The notes below the pieces were generated by a model. It searched no databases. It worked only from the letters and a program-made list of their open reading frames with translations, and was not told where the DNA came from. The position numbers and the translations under genes were made by a program. DNA of 56,301 nucleotides, filler included, from Catajapyx aquilonaris (lineage: Eukaryota), in NCBI GenBank assembly GCA_000934665.2. It is 3 parts of 3 records of this genome, joined end to end, with 100 filler letters (N's around TTAATTAATTAA, not from the genome) between each part and the next. Parts side by side here need not be neighbours in the genome. Positions count along the whole stretch, not along the records: positions 37,668 to 56,301 come from JYFJ02006646.1; 2 more parts are not named here. The stretch is one strand, 5' to 3'. The number at the start of each line of letters is the position of its first letter. Positions within the stretch are counted from its first letter, which is position 1. Positions 43,592 to 56,301 of the stretch are shown here, piece after piece.

Positions 43592-45886
43592 CTTCACCGG
43601 ACTCGCACCATGTAATGAGTGATTCCATGAAAATTTCAGGTTCCTCTGCAGCTATGGCGGGCTGTTACTGTATTACATATTTATTGCTCTCTTGCATAAA
43701 GGGCGCATTAATAACTCATGCACGTGACGTGTTCGGATTCGAGTCGCGATCTAGCATGTACAGTACTAGGTATGGTATGACTGGGCCTTATATTAATTAT
43801 GTTGGCGTTTGTATTTTTAAAAATAAGTTTTTTTTCGCTTTAACTGTATAAACCATAGAGTACGGTTCTATCAACCTTTTCGAGTAAATTGTCCAAGCAG
43901 GGCCGAACTGACATGGAATGACCTATCTTCAAGTACTAACTACATCTCAAGTACAGGAATTATTGCAAAACGTATTCATGAATGAAATTATTGTGTTCGT
44001 AGTTTAATGGTAGCCTAATAATATTATGAAAGTACCATTATTATGTGGAGAAAGTAATAATAAATGACATGTTGGGACGCACAGTACACATAACTATGAT
44101 GCGTTTTTTTGTTTCATTCAGTGAAAGCAGCCAGCTCTGAATAAATTCTGGTCACATTATTTAAATTTCAAATGTTCAGTTTTCATTTTGTCGTAATACT
44201 CAGTCTATAGGAAGACTAAATATTGCATAAATCAAATAAAAAATGAGCTAATGCCATATCCGCAGAAATGATAAAGCCACCTTTCTCTGCAAATATTCAG
44301 GAGGAATTATAGCCTAGAGCACAACTCTCGTATCTGTCGCCATAACTTTTGAAAAGCCCAGCAGGCCATGATGTATCATATTATGACTAAGGGTGTGACG
44401 TGACACGTTGAGTAATGCCCTGTAACCTTTTATGTTGAAGCAGCATATACCATAGCTTAGATGATGGCATGTAGCTCATTTTATGTCATCCTTGAAGAGT
44501 CTCGGTCACAGTCAAAGCCAACATTTTTATGCCCATTCATTCCTCCTGTATAGGTCCAGTAAATACGACGTATTTCCTGCCCACTCTCCTCGTTATACTC
44601 TCCGGTAAGCATCTTACATTGCAGTTATTATTTCAGATGTGAAATGTCACTTTCGATCAAACATGGTTGTTGTCATTCTATTTGCCATCGCAAGTATAGG
44701 TAAAGTGGGGAAAGGTGCAAACGAATATGGTTGGCTGGAATCATCGACATAATCATTTATCATAGGCAGGTAAAATGTGGCACCTGGGTACGTGGCAGAT
44801 CAAGAATTCTTCAGCCTCTGTCTTTGTTAATTTTCAGGAGGAATTTGGTGTAATTTTCGTCCCACTGCTGCTAGACACTGCTAACAGTGGGACAAAAATT
44901 CCACCCATATTATTTTTAATTGGCTGATTTTGATACGAGCCAACTGAACTTCAGTATGATCTGAGTAACTTTAGCTAAGATCAGAAAATCTTTTCATCTA
45001 GTAGTAATAATAGTTATGATGACGACGAAGACGCAAATAAGCAGTAGACTCATTAGTAGTAGCAGCGAGTAGTAGAAAGTAGCAAAGCTTTTCCTGTCAG
45101 TTATCCACCCACCAATCACCTCTGCTCCATGGGTCACCTGCCTCGCAGGATGAATTTCTTTCATAGTATAGGAATGAACGCGTGATTATCTCCGCAAGGG
45201 TAGTGTAATATGTAATGTGTAATGGTTGGTGTAATATTGCGTCATAAAATTTCGGGGAGTGTACTTGTACAGTATAATCGAAATTAGAAGTGCACACTTT
45301 ACACAACTCAGACTCGTCAGATACAACCATGATGATTCTTTTCGTCTTGATTAATATTAATATTTTAAAATATTTCAACCCATATCTTACGTCACTCCGT
45401 CACGGATCGACGGATGAATTCCGTGGCGTTTGCAACTTAAAGAGGGCATTTTACACTAATTATGTATGGTTTGTCAATATCAGTTTTAGGCAATTTATCC
45501 TGAAGTTGTATAACTCTTATGATTTTGACAAGATGATCGCTTTATTTCCCCTGCATACTAAAGTTGTGTCGATTGTATCGCGCCAGAAACCTTTAAAACA
45601 GATACCCCAATTATTTTTAAGCACCATTTCTCCCCAGATTTACTGTGAATAATGGCACTCACCTGTACAACATATCATACCTGCTGGGCTGACTGCTTCC
45701 CCTTTAAAACACACCATCACATTTGACTACATGTGACTGAACACCTGTCACACTTATTTATGCTGTTATTTTTCTCGAGCACACCATGACATAGGATGTG
45801 ACGACATCTCTGCAAGGCCAGACAGTATATACTACCGACACTGCCTGGTTAGGATCTCTTAATTTTCCGGTTCATCTCTAGTGAAG

Positions 45887-46307
45887 ATGAAACGGCTACT
45901 CATCATTTTCATCTTTGTGCTTACCGGTAAGAAAAATACAATTTCTGTCAATTGTCATAATGGCAGTTACATTTATGAAGTTTGACTTACGCGCTGCAAA
46001 CGCAATGCCTGATTTAATGCTGGCTTTAGTAGCTGAACTAAATATGTCACATATCGTATGGCACTAATGTTCAAGATTAAAGTTTTTGTACAATATTACT
46101 GTACCTCACTGAAGTATATTCACAGTTAGCATTCCCCCCCCCCCTTTGAGAGTGTGTTACTCAAATAGACCTCCCTTACAACATGCTGTGAGTGCATTAC
46201 CCCTTTGTACCATTGTAATTATAACAAGCATCGAAGACCAAATGCTTACTCAGGGGTGGAATGGATCATTAAAATCTGAGTTCTCTGTGCAAGAATCCCA
46301 ATAATAC

Positions 46308-46395
<88 letters not shown>

Positions 46396-48726
46396 TAATA
46401 ATAATAATAATAATAATATAATAATAATAATAATAATGCAATGAATCGCATTGCCATGAGAAATCAGAATGATGTGCAATTTACATTCGTCTTCCTGATT
46501 TCCACTCTATCTTCTGTGATCGTGAGGCAAGTTTGTGCAACTTAAAATGACCGACTAATTACAATAATTATTTAATGCATACATTTTAGTTGCCGGTAAA
46601 AAGATGGAGAAGCCTTCCTATCCCTTACCAACGTTTGATTACTCATATTACACAAACGATCTGGCAAAAACAATTATAAAGCAAGCTGCATCGTTGCTGA
46701 AGTCTGCCGTCTCAACTAAAGTGGGATCAATAATTGATTGCGGTAAGCCAAACGTTTCTTCCTTGTGGCCTTACTGTTCTGCCTCTACTAACAATAATAT
46801 TATTATTCACCCAACTCTTCTTTGATCTCTCGGGTAATACGTACCAGTAGAGCTACGTTTTCAGTGATTCGGCTAAATATGGGGTTAATCCGTAGGTCAT
46901 CCGCTGGGCAAGTTTGACAACTGCGACGGCAAATGCTACATTCTGGGCATGCCCGACTGCAAATACCGGAAGACTCGTTTCTTTCTGACCAATTCTGCGA
47001 ACCGTGACTCGGTTCAGGAGCTTGGATTCGAAGATGCCAACCTTCTGCGCAAGACCAACTTCAACAGGAAGTGCAAAACAGTGCTCATAATACACGGATG
47101 GACCGAGTCGGCCGATATTGCCTGGATGAAGAGAATGGAAGAGGCATTGTTTTGGAAGGTAAATTGATCGAGATATTAATCATATTTTGTCATTGTTGAA
47201 CCGATGCGATGGTTGTTGTGCTTCAGTTCCGCAAGTCCTGCTTGAATGTAATCCGAATTGGTCTAGAGACGACACCCGACTTTGACTTGCTCTATCTGAC
47301 CCGAAATGCAGGCTTGATTGGCCGACGGATTGGATTCTTCATCAAGCTACTGATGAATGTGATGAAAGCCAATCCAGAAAAGATCCATCTCGTAGGATTC
47401 AGCTTCGGAGGAATAGCGATGGCGTACACAGGAGAATACCTGGTCAAAAATGGAATTAAGATTGGGAGAATGACAGGCAAGTATTACATGTTCATTTTGG
47501 CTAGTGCTCGGATGAGAAGAGATTTACGCCACCCAATTTTTACTGCCATGTCATCATAAACAGGTCTGGATCCTGGTTCTTGTGTCTTAAGACCATTTGC
47601 CGGAGGTCTCAAGTTGAATCCGTCCTATGCAAAGTACGTGGACGCCATTCACACAAACGGAGGTGTGGAAGTGGGTCCCGTTCTTCTGCAGATGGGTTGC
47701 CTGTTACGTCATGGGCACGTGGACTACTACGTCAACGGAGGTCAGGTCCAGCCAGGATGCAACCTAACTCTCAGTAAGCACATAACATGTCATTTATCAC
47801 GTCCAAATGAAAAAAAGCGACTTGCCTTATTTAATTAAGCGATTGCTCTTTCTTGTTGCAGGTAATCTGTTTTGCCACCACCTCTTTGCACCAGCTTATT
47901 TCACTAGCTCCATTCTAAGTGAAGACTGTGACTTCAAGTCCTTCCCTGCTTCTTCGTATTTAAACTACGGTGACTTCCAGATGGGAAAGTACTTCTCCTG
48001 CGATGATAATGATTGCGGATTAATGGGATTTCATTCCAAGGAAACAAAAGCCTCAGGATCTCAGTTTATTGACACTCTCAAGATTCCTCCATACTGCGGT
48101 CAGCCCTCTTAGTTTCTATACCTTCTTGTTTGACATATAATGAATGGTTAATTAGCCTGACTTTTTGCAACATGCAGGAAGCCAGTATAAGATAAGCATC
48201 ACGTTTTTCTCACCTGTATCGGCACCCTTATTTCTTTATATTGAGCTGAGGGATAGTCATAACCAAACCACTGGCTCAATGTTATTTCCTGTTAGGTAAG
48301 TACTTACTTCGCAATATGATTTATAGCGTGCGCAATGATAATCTCACGTGACTTCACAGAGTGAGTCTTACTTCGACGATTACAAACATTGTCGTCGGGA
48401 ATGCGACCTTGGACTTTGCCTCCGGCAATATGATTACTGCAAAATTTACTGGGAATCTTCAGCAAACTAAACATGTGATTGTGACGAATGACAACGGCCA
48501 AAGGTAGGAATTTCACAACTGCACATCAGTGAAGCATATTTTACCACGCCGCTATTACATCATATTTTATTTTAGCAAAGAATATTGTAATCCTTCCACC
48601 CCTGGACTGCTCTCTCGGCCACGGCCCGACATCCAGCTGGAAGACAACTGTGTAAATAAAGGAAAAAAGGACGCTTTAAAAAAAGTTGCTGGCAATTCGA
48701 AGCCAAATCTTAAGCACTTATTCTAA
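45887..48726 (+). CDS. Secreted pancreatic-lipase-family protein, copy B, 9 exons, 521 aa, intact
   Basis: Exons 45887-45926, 46590-46742, 46896-47158 (IHGW), 47227-47476 (GFSFGG; GC donor), 47564-47773 (GLDPGS, HGHVDYYVNGG), 47862-48098 (CHH), 48178-48295, 48360-48503, 48576-48726. Same exon phases as copy A. Confidence 0.92.
46312..46436. repeat. (AAT)n microsatellite in lipase B intron 1
   Basis: Read directly; source of the poly-Y/L/I ORFs. Confidence 0.97.
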
Positions 48727-49067
48727 ACATTATGAGTGAGCTGCTAACAATATTTTTGTGACTTGTAATAATTAATAAATTGGCATTGATAATATTCAAA
48801 AGCAGCTTTCCCATACCTCTGCGGTCTCCAACACTGCTTAGTAGATATACCTGTAACACAACCATGGCCCATCGTCTAATAAGCTGATGCCAGCAGAAGG
48901 CCAGTATTCAAATAAATACTATTATTAGCCTTCTTCTACACATAAATACCGCTATCTGCAGGTACGGTATTTAAAAATCGATTAATCACATATTTTTGTA
49001 ATACAGGAAAGCCTGCCTATACCAAAATCACATTTTAGCCAAAATTCTTACAACTAAAGACATGGGA

Positions 49068-49171
49068 TGGAATTATCGTCCCACTGATATAGTTACTGCT
49101 AACTTAGCAATACCATTGCCAACACTGGTACTGCTAAGTTAGCAGTAACCATCAGTGAGACGAAAATTCCA
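49068..49171. mobile_element. Short hairpin MITE-like element (related copy at about 44846-44905)
   Basis: TGGAATTATCGTCCCACTGAT...CTGCTAACTTAGCA pairs with TGCTAAGTTAGCAG...ATCAGTGAGACGAAAATTCCA; similar termini recur at 44846-44905. Confidence 0.65.
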
Positions 49172-49276
49172 CTCCATTTTGTTGCATTGGGTATACAACA
49201 TGATAAATAATAATTCACAATATATTGAAAGTCTTCCGCCTGAGCCAAATAAAAATAGAGAGGATAAATGGATATA

Positions 49277-49372
49277 CTAGGAAAACCCTCGCTCCGCTCG
49301 TATTTTCCTAGGGCGCTGGCCTTGAAAACCGCTCGCTTCGCTCGCTCTTTTCTCGGCCTGCGGCCTACAGTG
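49277..49372 (-). mobile_element. Helitron-like 3' terminus
   Basis: Minus strand ...GCGAGCGAAGCGAGC...CGAGCGGAGCGAGGGTTTTCCTAG|T, a GC-rich subterminal hairpin followed by CTAG-T. Homologous copy at 54661-54705. Confidence 0.55.
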
Positions 49373-49505
49373 CCCAATTCTTTTTCAATCTCTTCGGCAT
49401 CCCTATAATAACTTATGTAATATTATTGCAAGGTCAGAGTGTTGTACTCTCTTCTAATCCCTTTGGCCTCGTTCACTTCTCCTGTTCACATCCACTCAAT
49501 ATAGG

Positions 49506-52500
49506 ATGGGGCTCCTGGTTTTTCTTCTCTTCACCCTTACTGGTAAGCAATACTAACTTGTACATACACATTAATGCCCAAGAACTAAAGCATACCCCAA
49601 GCATGAAATCAGTTGCAATATTTATCTAAGGCCACAAATACGCTGTCCATTTGGGACAGTTTCGATATTTATAATAATTTGTGCGTGATATTCAACTAAT
49701 ACTCAGCAAATAATGAAAATAATGTCGAGATAGAAGGGGTGTGTGTAGGAGACCCCATTATTCTCATTGCTAATCGCCAGTTGTATGCGACAAGAATTGC
49801 GCCACTTTTGCTACTAAAATACTGTAATATACAGCTACCATGATCTAACAGCCCCTGCTCTTCTCAGCTCTCCAATTTAACAAAATATTTTTTACACTGT
49901 CTTATCTGCCAGCTGCTGGGGCAGTGGTGGACAAGTCCCAGTATCCACTGCCTAGATTTGATTACCAGTATTACACGCACAATCTGGGAACGACAGTGGT
50001 CAACCAACTGACACAATTGCTACACTTTGTCAAAACAACAGTGATGGGAGCCGAAGTCGATTGCGGTAAGTCAAGATCTTTCCATAACATTTCAATATGA
50101 AACTTTGCAATATGCTGTGCACAGCAGTGTAATACGTACTAACACCAAAAGCGGGCATTAGAAGCTGAACGTGAGGATTTTGGCTCCCAAGGTTATCCAA
50201 TAGGGAAGTTTGACAACTGCAACGGGTCATGTTACGTATTGGGCTTACCCGACTGCAACTTCAGAGAGACCAAGTTCTTCCTGAGAAACTCTGCGAAGAC
50301 TTCGGTGGTTCAGCAGCTACAATTCAACGACACCGACCTTCTCAAGGCGAGCAACTTCGACAAGTCCTGCTTCACTGTTTTGATCATACATGGATGGACC
50401 GAATCTGCCGACATCAGCTGGATGCTTACCATGGAAAAAGCTTATTTATGGAAGGTGCTGTAATTAATAGTAGGCTATACTGTAGTGAAGCTGCAACAAT
50501 GCCAGTAGAAGTTGGCTGAGAAAAATCAGGCAGAAGCGCCATATGACATTCGGCAGCCAGGGAATGCTGTAACTTATGATTTTGATGTGTAATGCTGTGT
50601 GTGATTCAGTTTCAGAATTCTTGCATAAACGTAATACGCATGGCATAGACTACGGGACACCTGACTTCAACCTCTTATACCTCACTCCAAACTGTGACTT
50701 GATTGGCAGGCGAGTAGGGATCTTCATCATGTTATTAGTGAAAGTAATGAAGGCCGACCCAGACATTATGCAACTCATAGGATTCAGCTTCGGTGGAGTA
50801 GTCGAAGCCTATGCAGGGGAATACCTGATCAGAAATAGAATTCATCTGGGGAGAATTACAGGCGAGTAACTGTGAATCAATATATTAATGAGTCATTCAC
50901 TTAGTGAGGTAGTTCCCAAACTGTGCTCCACGGAGCCCTTGAACACAAACGCTATTGACTGATATATAGTGACTCTGCAAATTCTCGTATTTATCAGATT
51001 TTTTGCCAAGACAAATGAAATTAATCTTTTTTTCCAACGTTTTTGATGCAAGCGAGAGAGTGCGCTCATTTAAAGGAAAACTGCAGTTATGGACTGAAGG
51101 GGATGAGGGGGCAGCCTTGAGTGTTTTCCACTTATGAAAGAGCTGCAAGAACATCAATCTGAGGCACAAGAAGTCGTGTTTCGCGATATTCGCCAGCACC
51201 TGCGGTGTCTGAGCGATTCCTTCGAGAAATATTTTTCCAACGACCTGTGAGGTAACAAATGCTGAAGGAGGGTGATTAGGTGTCTGGTTGTCAATCCATT
51301 TGCAGTTGCTTCAAAAGCAACCTGCCTGACATCAACTGAATGTGGCAGACACCACTTTGAAAGTAATTATTATATTGCCTTGCAAAATAACGCTTATTCA
51401 AAATTTTGGCTAAGTTTAAAGTACGAATTTTAACCACTGGTCAATTTTCTTTTATTTTCCTTTTGCCACCACCTATTTGCGTGAATCGGGATTTTCTGCA
51501 TATGCACAGCAACTAAAACCAAGTGTAGGAGCCCTTCGACGCTGAACATGGCATTTTTTTGCAACTCCATAAAATCGGACATCGCCAAACTATACAAAAT
51601 TAAATAACCCCATCCATCTCAAAAGGTGCTATATATTGTGTAAAAATTGTAATTCAAATAAGATGCTTTTTGTTCTGCATCTGCTGTGTACATTGCGCAA
51701 AAATATGGAGACGATTTTCCATTTAAACTAAATACAAAAATCGCATCCATATTTCTGAGCGATATAAAAGTTACACAACACAGTAGGCTACATGTATACG
51801 TAGGCCCTACCTAAAGCACACATTGAAAGTGAAAAATGGGTCTCCGCTGTCAAATTATTTCTAAAATGGGGGCTCCAAGTGACAAAAAGTGTGGGAACTA
51901 CTGCAGCTGCTGCCCTATATAGTGTACAGCTCGGTGTACAGTTTGCGCAAGCGAATAACCTGCGCTGATATGGGAATGTCAGCCAACTTTCATTTTATGC
52001 CATGGATTTATTGCTAGAAATCGCAATTAACTATGTGCTATACCATACTAAACCCATCCTCGGATATTTATTTCTGTCATTAAACCCCTAATGAAATGTA
52101 GCATTAGATCCTGGTTCCTGCATATTGGAACAATTTGCCGGAGGACTGAGGTTGAATAAGTCTCACGCCAAGTACGTGGAGGTCGTGCACACAAACGGAC
52201 AAGACTTATTGTTACAATTCACCAAATCCTTCCCGTTCTATCCACTGGCCTGCAGCGATCCTCAAGGACACGTGGATTATTACGTCAACGGAGGATCCTT
52301 ACAGCCAGGTTGCAATGGCGGTCTAGGTAAATAATCTCGGGCGTTCCTCGTTAACCAATACAGGTCCCAAGTGAAGTCAACACAGTCCAACAATAATATT
52401 GAAACATAATAATTATACCATGAATTGTTTGCCACAGCCACCAGTTTGAATCACACTGCACACACTCGTTTCAGAACTATTTTGCGACCACTTGTTTGCG

Positions 52501-53442
52501 CCAGCATATTACACGAGCTCTATCCTTTCGGAAGACTGTTCCTTCACGTCCTTCCCTGCTCCTTCACACAAAAACTACCAAGACTTTGAGAATGGAAAGT
52601 ACTTTTCATGCAATGGGACTGACGGAACTTGCGGAGAAATGGGATTTTCCTCCAGGGAAGCGAATGCCACAGGAGTACAACTTCTGAAGACTCTGGATGA
52701 ACCCCCTTACTGCGGTCAGATAATTTCGAAACTTTTAAAACAATTTTTGTGAATAACAATTAAGGTATTGCTCATCCTTCTTAATTAACAGGAAGCCATT
52801 TCCGCATTAACATCACTTTTAATGGAGTGATATCGTTACCTCAAATACTTACCATCGAACTCTTCGATGATTTTAACAGGACTAGTGGCCCATTGACAAT
52901 TTATAGTTGGTACGTACCGAATACTCTGTAATATTGATTTATGGATTTATTTTCCGCACATGATAACATTACAGGACGCTTTTCTCTCCGACTATCGTTA
53001 AAGTCGTCGTCGGAAAATTCGTGAACTTGAATTTTACTTCCGGGACAACTGTTACTGCGAGGATTACAGGAAATTCCTTGAGAATTAAAAGCATGATTGT
53101 ATCTAATGACAAAGGCCACAGGTAAGAAACTTCACAATATTAATGGAGAGTTCAAATGCTCTTGGGGAAGGAGATTCCTCAAGCATTATAAGTAAACAAT
53201 GTCGAAGGTTGAGAATCGGTAGTTTCAAATAGATGCCGATTTATATTTTAGCAAGCAGTATTGTGATCCTTCCAACAATGGTCTGCCTTTCGGACTGCAG
53301 ACACAGATCAAGCTTAATGACAGATAGATGTGGAGACAACTCATATCAGGGCAAGGCTACAACAAGGAACATTGCTGCAGGTGCTCGGACACAAAGAAGG
53401 AAAACCTGGCTCAGGAAATTTTGCGAAACCTACCACCAGTGA
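49506..53442 (+). pseudogene. Pancreatic-lipase-family copy C, 9 exons, two apparent frameshifts
   Basis: Exons 49506-49542, 49913-50065, 50192-50454, 50610-50861 (1-nt deletion near 50640 gives an early TAG; GC donor), 52102-52326 (ALDPGS), 52475-52714 (CDH), 52792-52909, 52975-53121, 53252 onward (TAG at 53325; the homologous Cys and tail continue in another frame to 53442). Confidence 0.8.
50907..51903 (+). mobile_element. Degenerate hAT (Buster/Charlie-like) transposon in lipase C intron 4
   Basis: TIR-like GTAGTTCCCAAAC...GTGTGGGAACTACTG; internal relic peptides SFKGKLQLW and FPFATTYLRESGFSAYA...TKTKCRS resemble the hAT C-terminal dimerisation domain. Confidence 0.8.
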
Positions 53443-54660
53443 TCTTTGTTACCTGCAATTAAGGTTAATGAAGTGAGATTGTTTTAAAAATCCCAACCTT
53501 TCATTTCACATCTCTTTTATGCAGCGTTTTCATAGACATGAAACTCTCACACACTGTTGAATACATACAATAAAAGAATGATGTGTATTCATTATCGTTT
53601 CCTTCCACTCATGAACATCAAGATAATAAATTTTGTGATTGTTTCATAATTATGCATTAAGCTTATATCCGATTTAAATCAATTTATTAATCCACTCTTT
53701 ACTGCCATTAGTGGCTGTGAAATTCTGTTCAATTTTATCTACATAAGTATGAAGCCTATAATATTTTGTAAAGGTAACTGCTTTTTAATAATAATATTCT
53801 GAGAAAGATTCCCTCTTTAGCATTTCCTTCTCTTCCGCAACTGGATCATTGAAAAGAAGACGGATATGAATAATGTCAGTTACAAAAGAGGTGGATTTAT
53901 AATCTAAATAATGACATAAATATTAATTCTTGTCTGATGATAAATGAACATAAGAAATGGGTGTCGACTAGATCAAATATCTGTCACACATGATGACCTG
54001 AAATGCAGGCTGAGCCAGTAACAAGTGTTTAGAAAACCCGTTAGTCAAGTCCTATCAATTTCTGTTTCACATGCCACTTGAGATGAAATGTGACAAGTGA
54101 CCAAGGTAGTAAGCTTAAATGCAAAGCTTTTGAAGGTCAACGGCGCGCGCTGTCATTGTTTTATAGGTATAGCTCTACCAAAATAAATATTTTAAAAATG
54201 CGTATCTCTTGGTGTTCATATTCTCTGATTTCTTCTCGGCGACTTACAAAACTTACGACGGATACATTATTCGCAGTATGCATGCGTAACTTGTGCAGTT
54301 TTTGTGCTGCATATTAAGTAAATGGCACGTAGAAAACCACTTGAGCACATGCTTCAAGTGTCAAAAATGTTACAACTCATCGATGGTAACTGTGTTTTGT
54401 GCCTTGAACTTGGGCCTAACTTTATTCAAGAAAAGTGTTAATAATTTCACAATAATTTTTCTGCAGAGCATACATTTCAATTTTTCTAGTATAGGCCTAA
54501 TATTAAAAAACCATTCATGACGTTTGACCGACTCCTCTGATTGGTCCTCCGCATATTGTTGCAGCCACCCACCGCTTCCTACTGGCCCGCATTCAACGCA
54601 TGCGCAATGGGTGTAGGCAGCGCCTCTGATGGGTGGCAGGAGAAACTGTCCATGCGATCG

Positions 54661-54705
54661 CTGCCGCAGGCCTAGAAAAATGCGAGCGAAGCGAGGGTTT
54701 TCTAA
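54661..54705 (+). mobile_element. Helitron-like 3' terminus, second copy
   Basis: GCCGCAGGCCTAGAAAAATGCGAGCGAAGCGAGGGTTTTCTAA is homologous to the reverse complement of 49277-49372. Confidence 0.5.
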
Positions 54706-55267
54706 TTGATTTTTTAAAATCCGGAACGACAAAGTTAATTCAATTTACTTGTGCGGTATTAATGTCAAAAATTCGGGTTACGATATACGTTATAATTATT
54801 ATGGAGAACAGGCATTTGAACTGCTTCAATATGTTTTGTTCCTAAGCCACATCTGTTATACCAACCAGTTAAAGAGTATAGGCTAGTACAGATTTTCGGT
54901 TCGTTTGTACGTATAAAATAGCATTTTTCAGTAACTATTATTTTAATAACTTCTATTGTACAGAAAAAATTTCCTTATGAAAATCATACCTAAATCCCGA
55001 CAGGAACTCAACTCACTCTGCAGCCGTCTTCATATTTGACAACTGAGCAGTATATAATACTGTAACCAGTAACACAAAAGGTTACCTGTCGCGACTATAT
55101 AAATAGTAGTACAATATGTACATGATATACTGCATGAAAAACGCTGTAAATTAAGTGGTGTACAATGGACTAAGGACAGCCCATGATAAAAGGCGTGAGA
55201 GTCGTATATACGCACTGCCAACAGTTTGCAGCTGATTCAGTTGTCCGGATCTCATCCAAGGAGTAGG

Positions 55268-56048
55268 ATGTGGTTCCTGATCAGCCTTGTCTTTCCCCTT
55301 GCCGGTGAGAAACTGTGTAAATTACCTTTTCAAAAGTGTGTTTGCCTCTGAAACAGTGCTGCAACTGGTTATTGCATTAGTGACATTCCCCCGCGTAACT
55401 ATATCATTTCAATAACTTTCAAACATTTCAACATTTCAATAACCTTAGCTCCATTTCTTTCCCTTTTCAGTTGTTGGCGAAGCAGTGGACAAGCCAGACT
55501 ACCCTCTGCCAGAATTTGATTATTCTTATTATACTAACCCTTTGGGATCAGTACTACTAAATCAGACAGTTCAGCTGTTGAAATTCGTCAAAGCAACAAA
55601 TTTGGCAAAGGAGATCGATTGCGGTAAGTTTCTCTCATCATTATGACGTACAGTGCAGAAAATATTATAATACGCATATAGAGTGTGAACTATAAGCTAC
55701 GCAATGCTGTCCACATTGCCATATGCTGCTGTCAGGAGAATGTGTACATATGTTAGATGTTGAAAATGTTTGGCTTCCCAGATTATCCCAATAGGGAAGT
55801 TTGACAACTGCAACGGATCATGTTACATATTGGGCTTACCCGACTGCGACTTCAGAGAGACCAGGTTCTACCTGAGAAACTCCGCAAACTTGTCTCTAGT
55901 TCAACAGCTGAAATTCAACGACACCAACCTTCTCTTAAAGGGGAGCAACTTTAACAAGTCCTGCTTCACTGTTTTGATCACACATGGATGGACCGAATCT
56001 GCCGATATCAGCTGGATGCTCACCATGGAAAAGGCTTTTCTATGGAAG
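55268..56048 (+). CDS. Pancreatic-lipase-family copy D, first 3 exons only (continues beyond window), apparent 1-nt insertion in exon 3
   Basis: Exons 55268-55304 (MWFLISLVFPLA), 55471-55623 and 55782-56048. TATCCCAATA here versus TATCCAATA in copy C shifts the frame when spliced in the conserved phase 1. TATA-like TATATAAATA near 55096. Confidence 0.8.
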
Positions 56049-56283
56049 GTAATTAATACAAAGTCAATAAGCTACGTTCTCACGAGTGCGTTGGACCAAA
56101 AGGGACGTCAAATTGCTCCATTAGCATTACCTGGTGTTTCTAAACATATTACATTTATCTGTTTTTTTACGAGAATTAAAAAGATAGGTGAGGGCAAAAG
56201 TCGAAACTCATTTTATTTTTAAAAAAGTGTGCAACACATTTTTTGTTGGGATAGGATGAGCAACTGCCTAGATGAAGGCAAAA

Positions 56284-56301
56284 ACACACACACACACACA
56301 C
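56284..56301. repeat. (AC)n microsatellite at window edge
   Basis: Read directly. Confidence 0.85.

Noticed and set aside
46246..46479. Poly-Tyr/Leu/Ile ORFs (also poly-Asn at 8872-9075)
   Set aside because: Translations of AAT microsatellites.

Overview
Eukaryotic (invertebrate animal, probably arthropod; taxon not determinable from sequence alone) genomic DNA with spliced genes, many transposon relics and two 100-nt assembly gaps containing an artificial TTAATTAATTAA linker. Genes, all exon-reconstructed by hand: (1) a minus-strand p90 ribosomal S6 kinase (RSK) with 13 exons in the window, a 12.7-kb first intron and its 3' end outside the window; (2) a minus-strand HSBP1 whose second intron is a textbook U12-type AT-AC intron and whose N-terminus is extended; (3) an F-box/LRR gene broken by three frameshifts and mostly invisible in the ORF track; (4) a cluster of four secreted pancreatic-lipase-family genes with very short lids and a GFSFG nucleophile motif, two intact and two frameshifted, with a GC-AG intron in two copies. 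Repeats include Tc1/mariner-type MITEs, a 1.6-kb foldback element, mariner and hAT relics, a tRNA-derived SINE, Helitron-like ends, a piggyBac-like end, an LTR end with a perfect tRNA-Lys primer-binding site, palindromes and microsatellites. I found no well-supported wholly new system. The best leads are the divergent short-lid lipase/PLA1-like cluster, the AT-AC intron, the hidden F-box/LRR gene and an unexplained decayed coding block in RSK intron 1.
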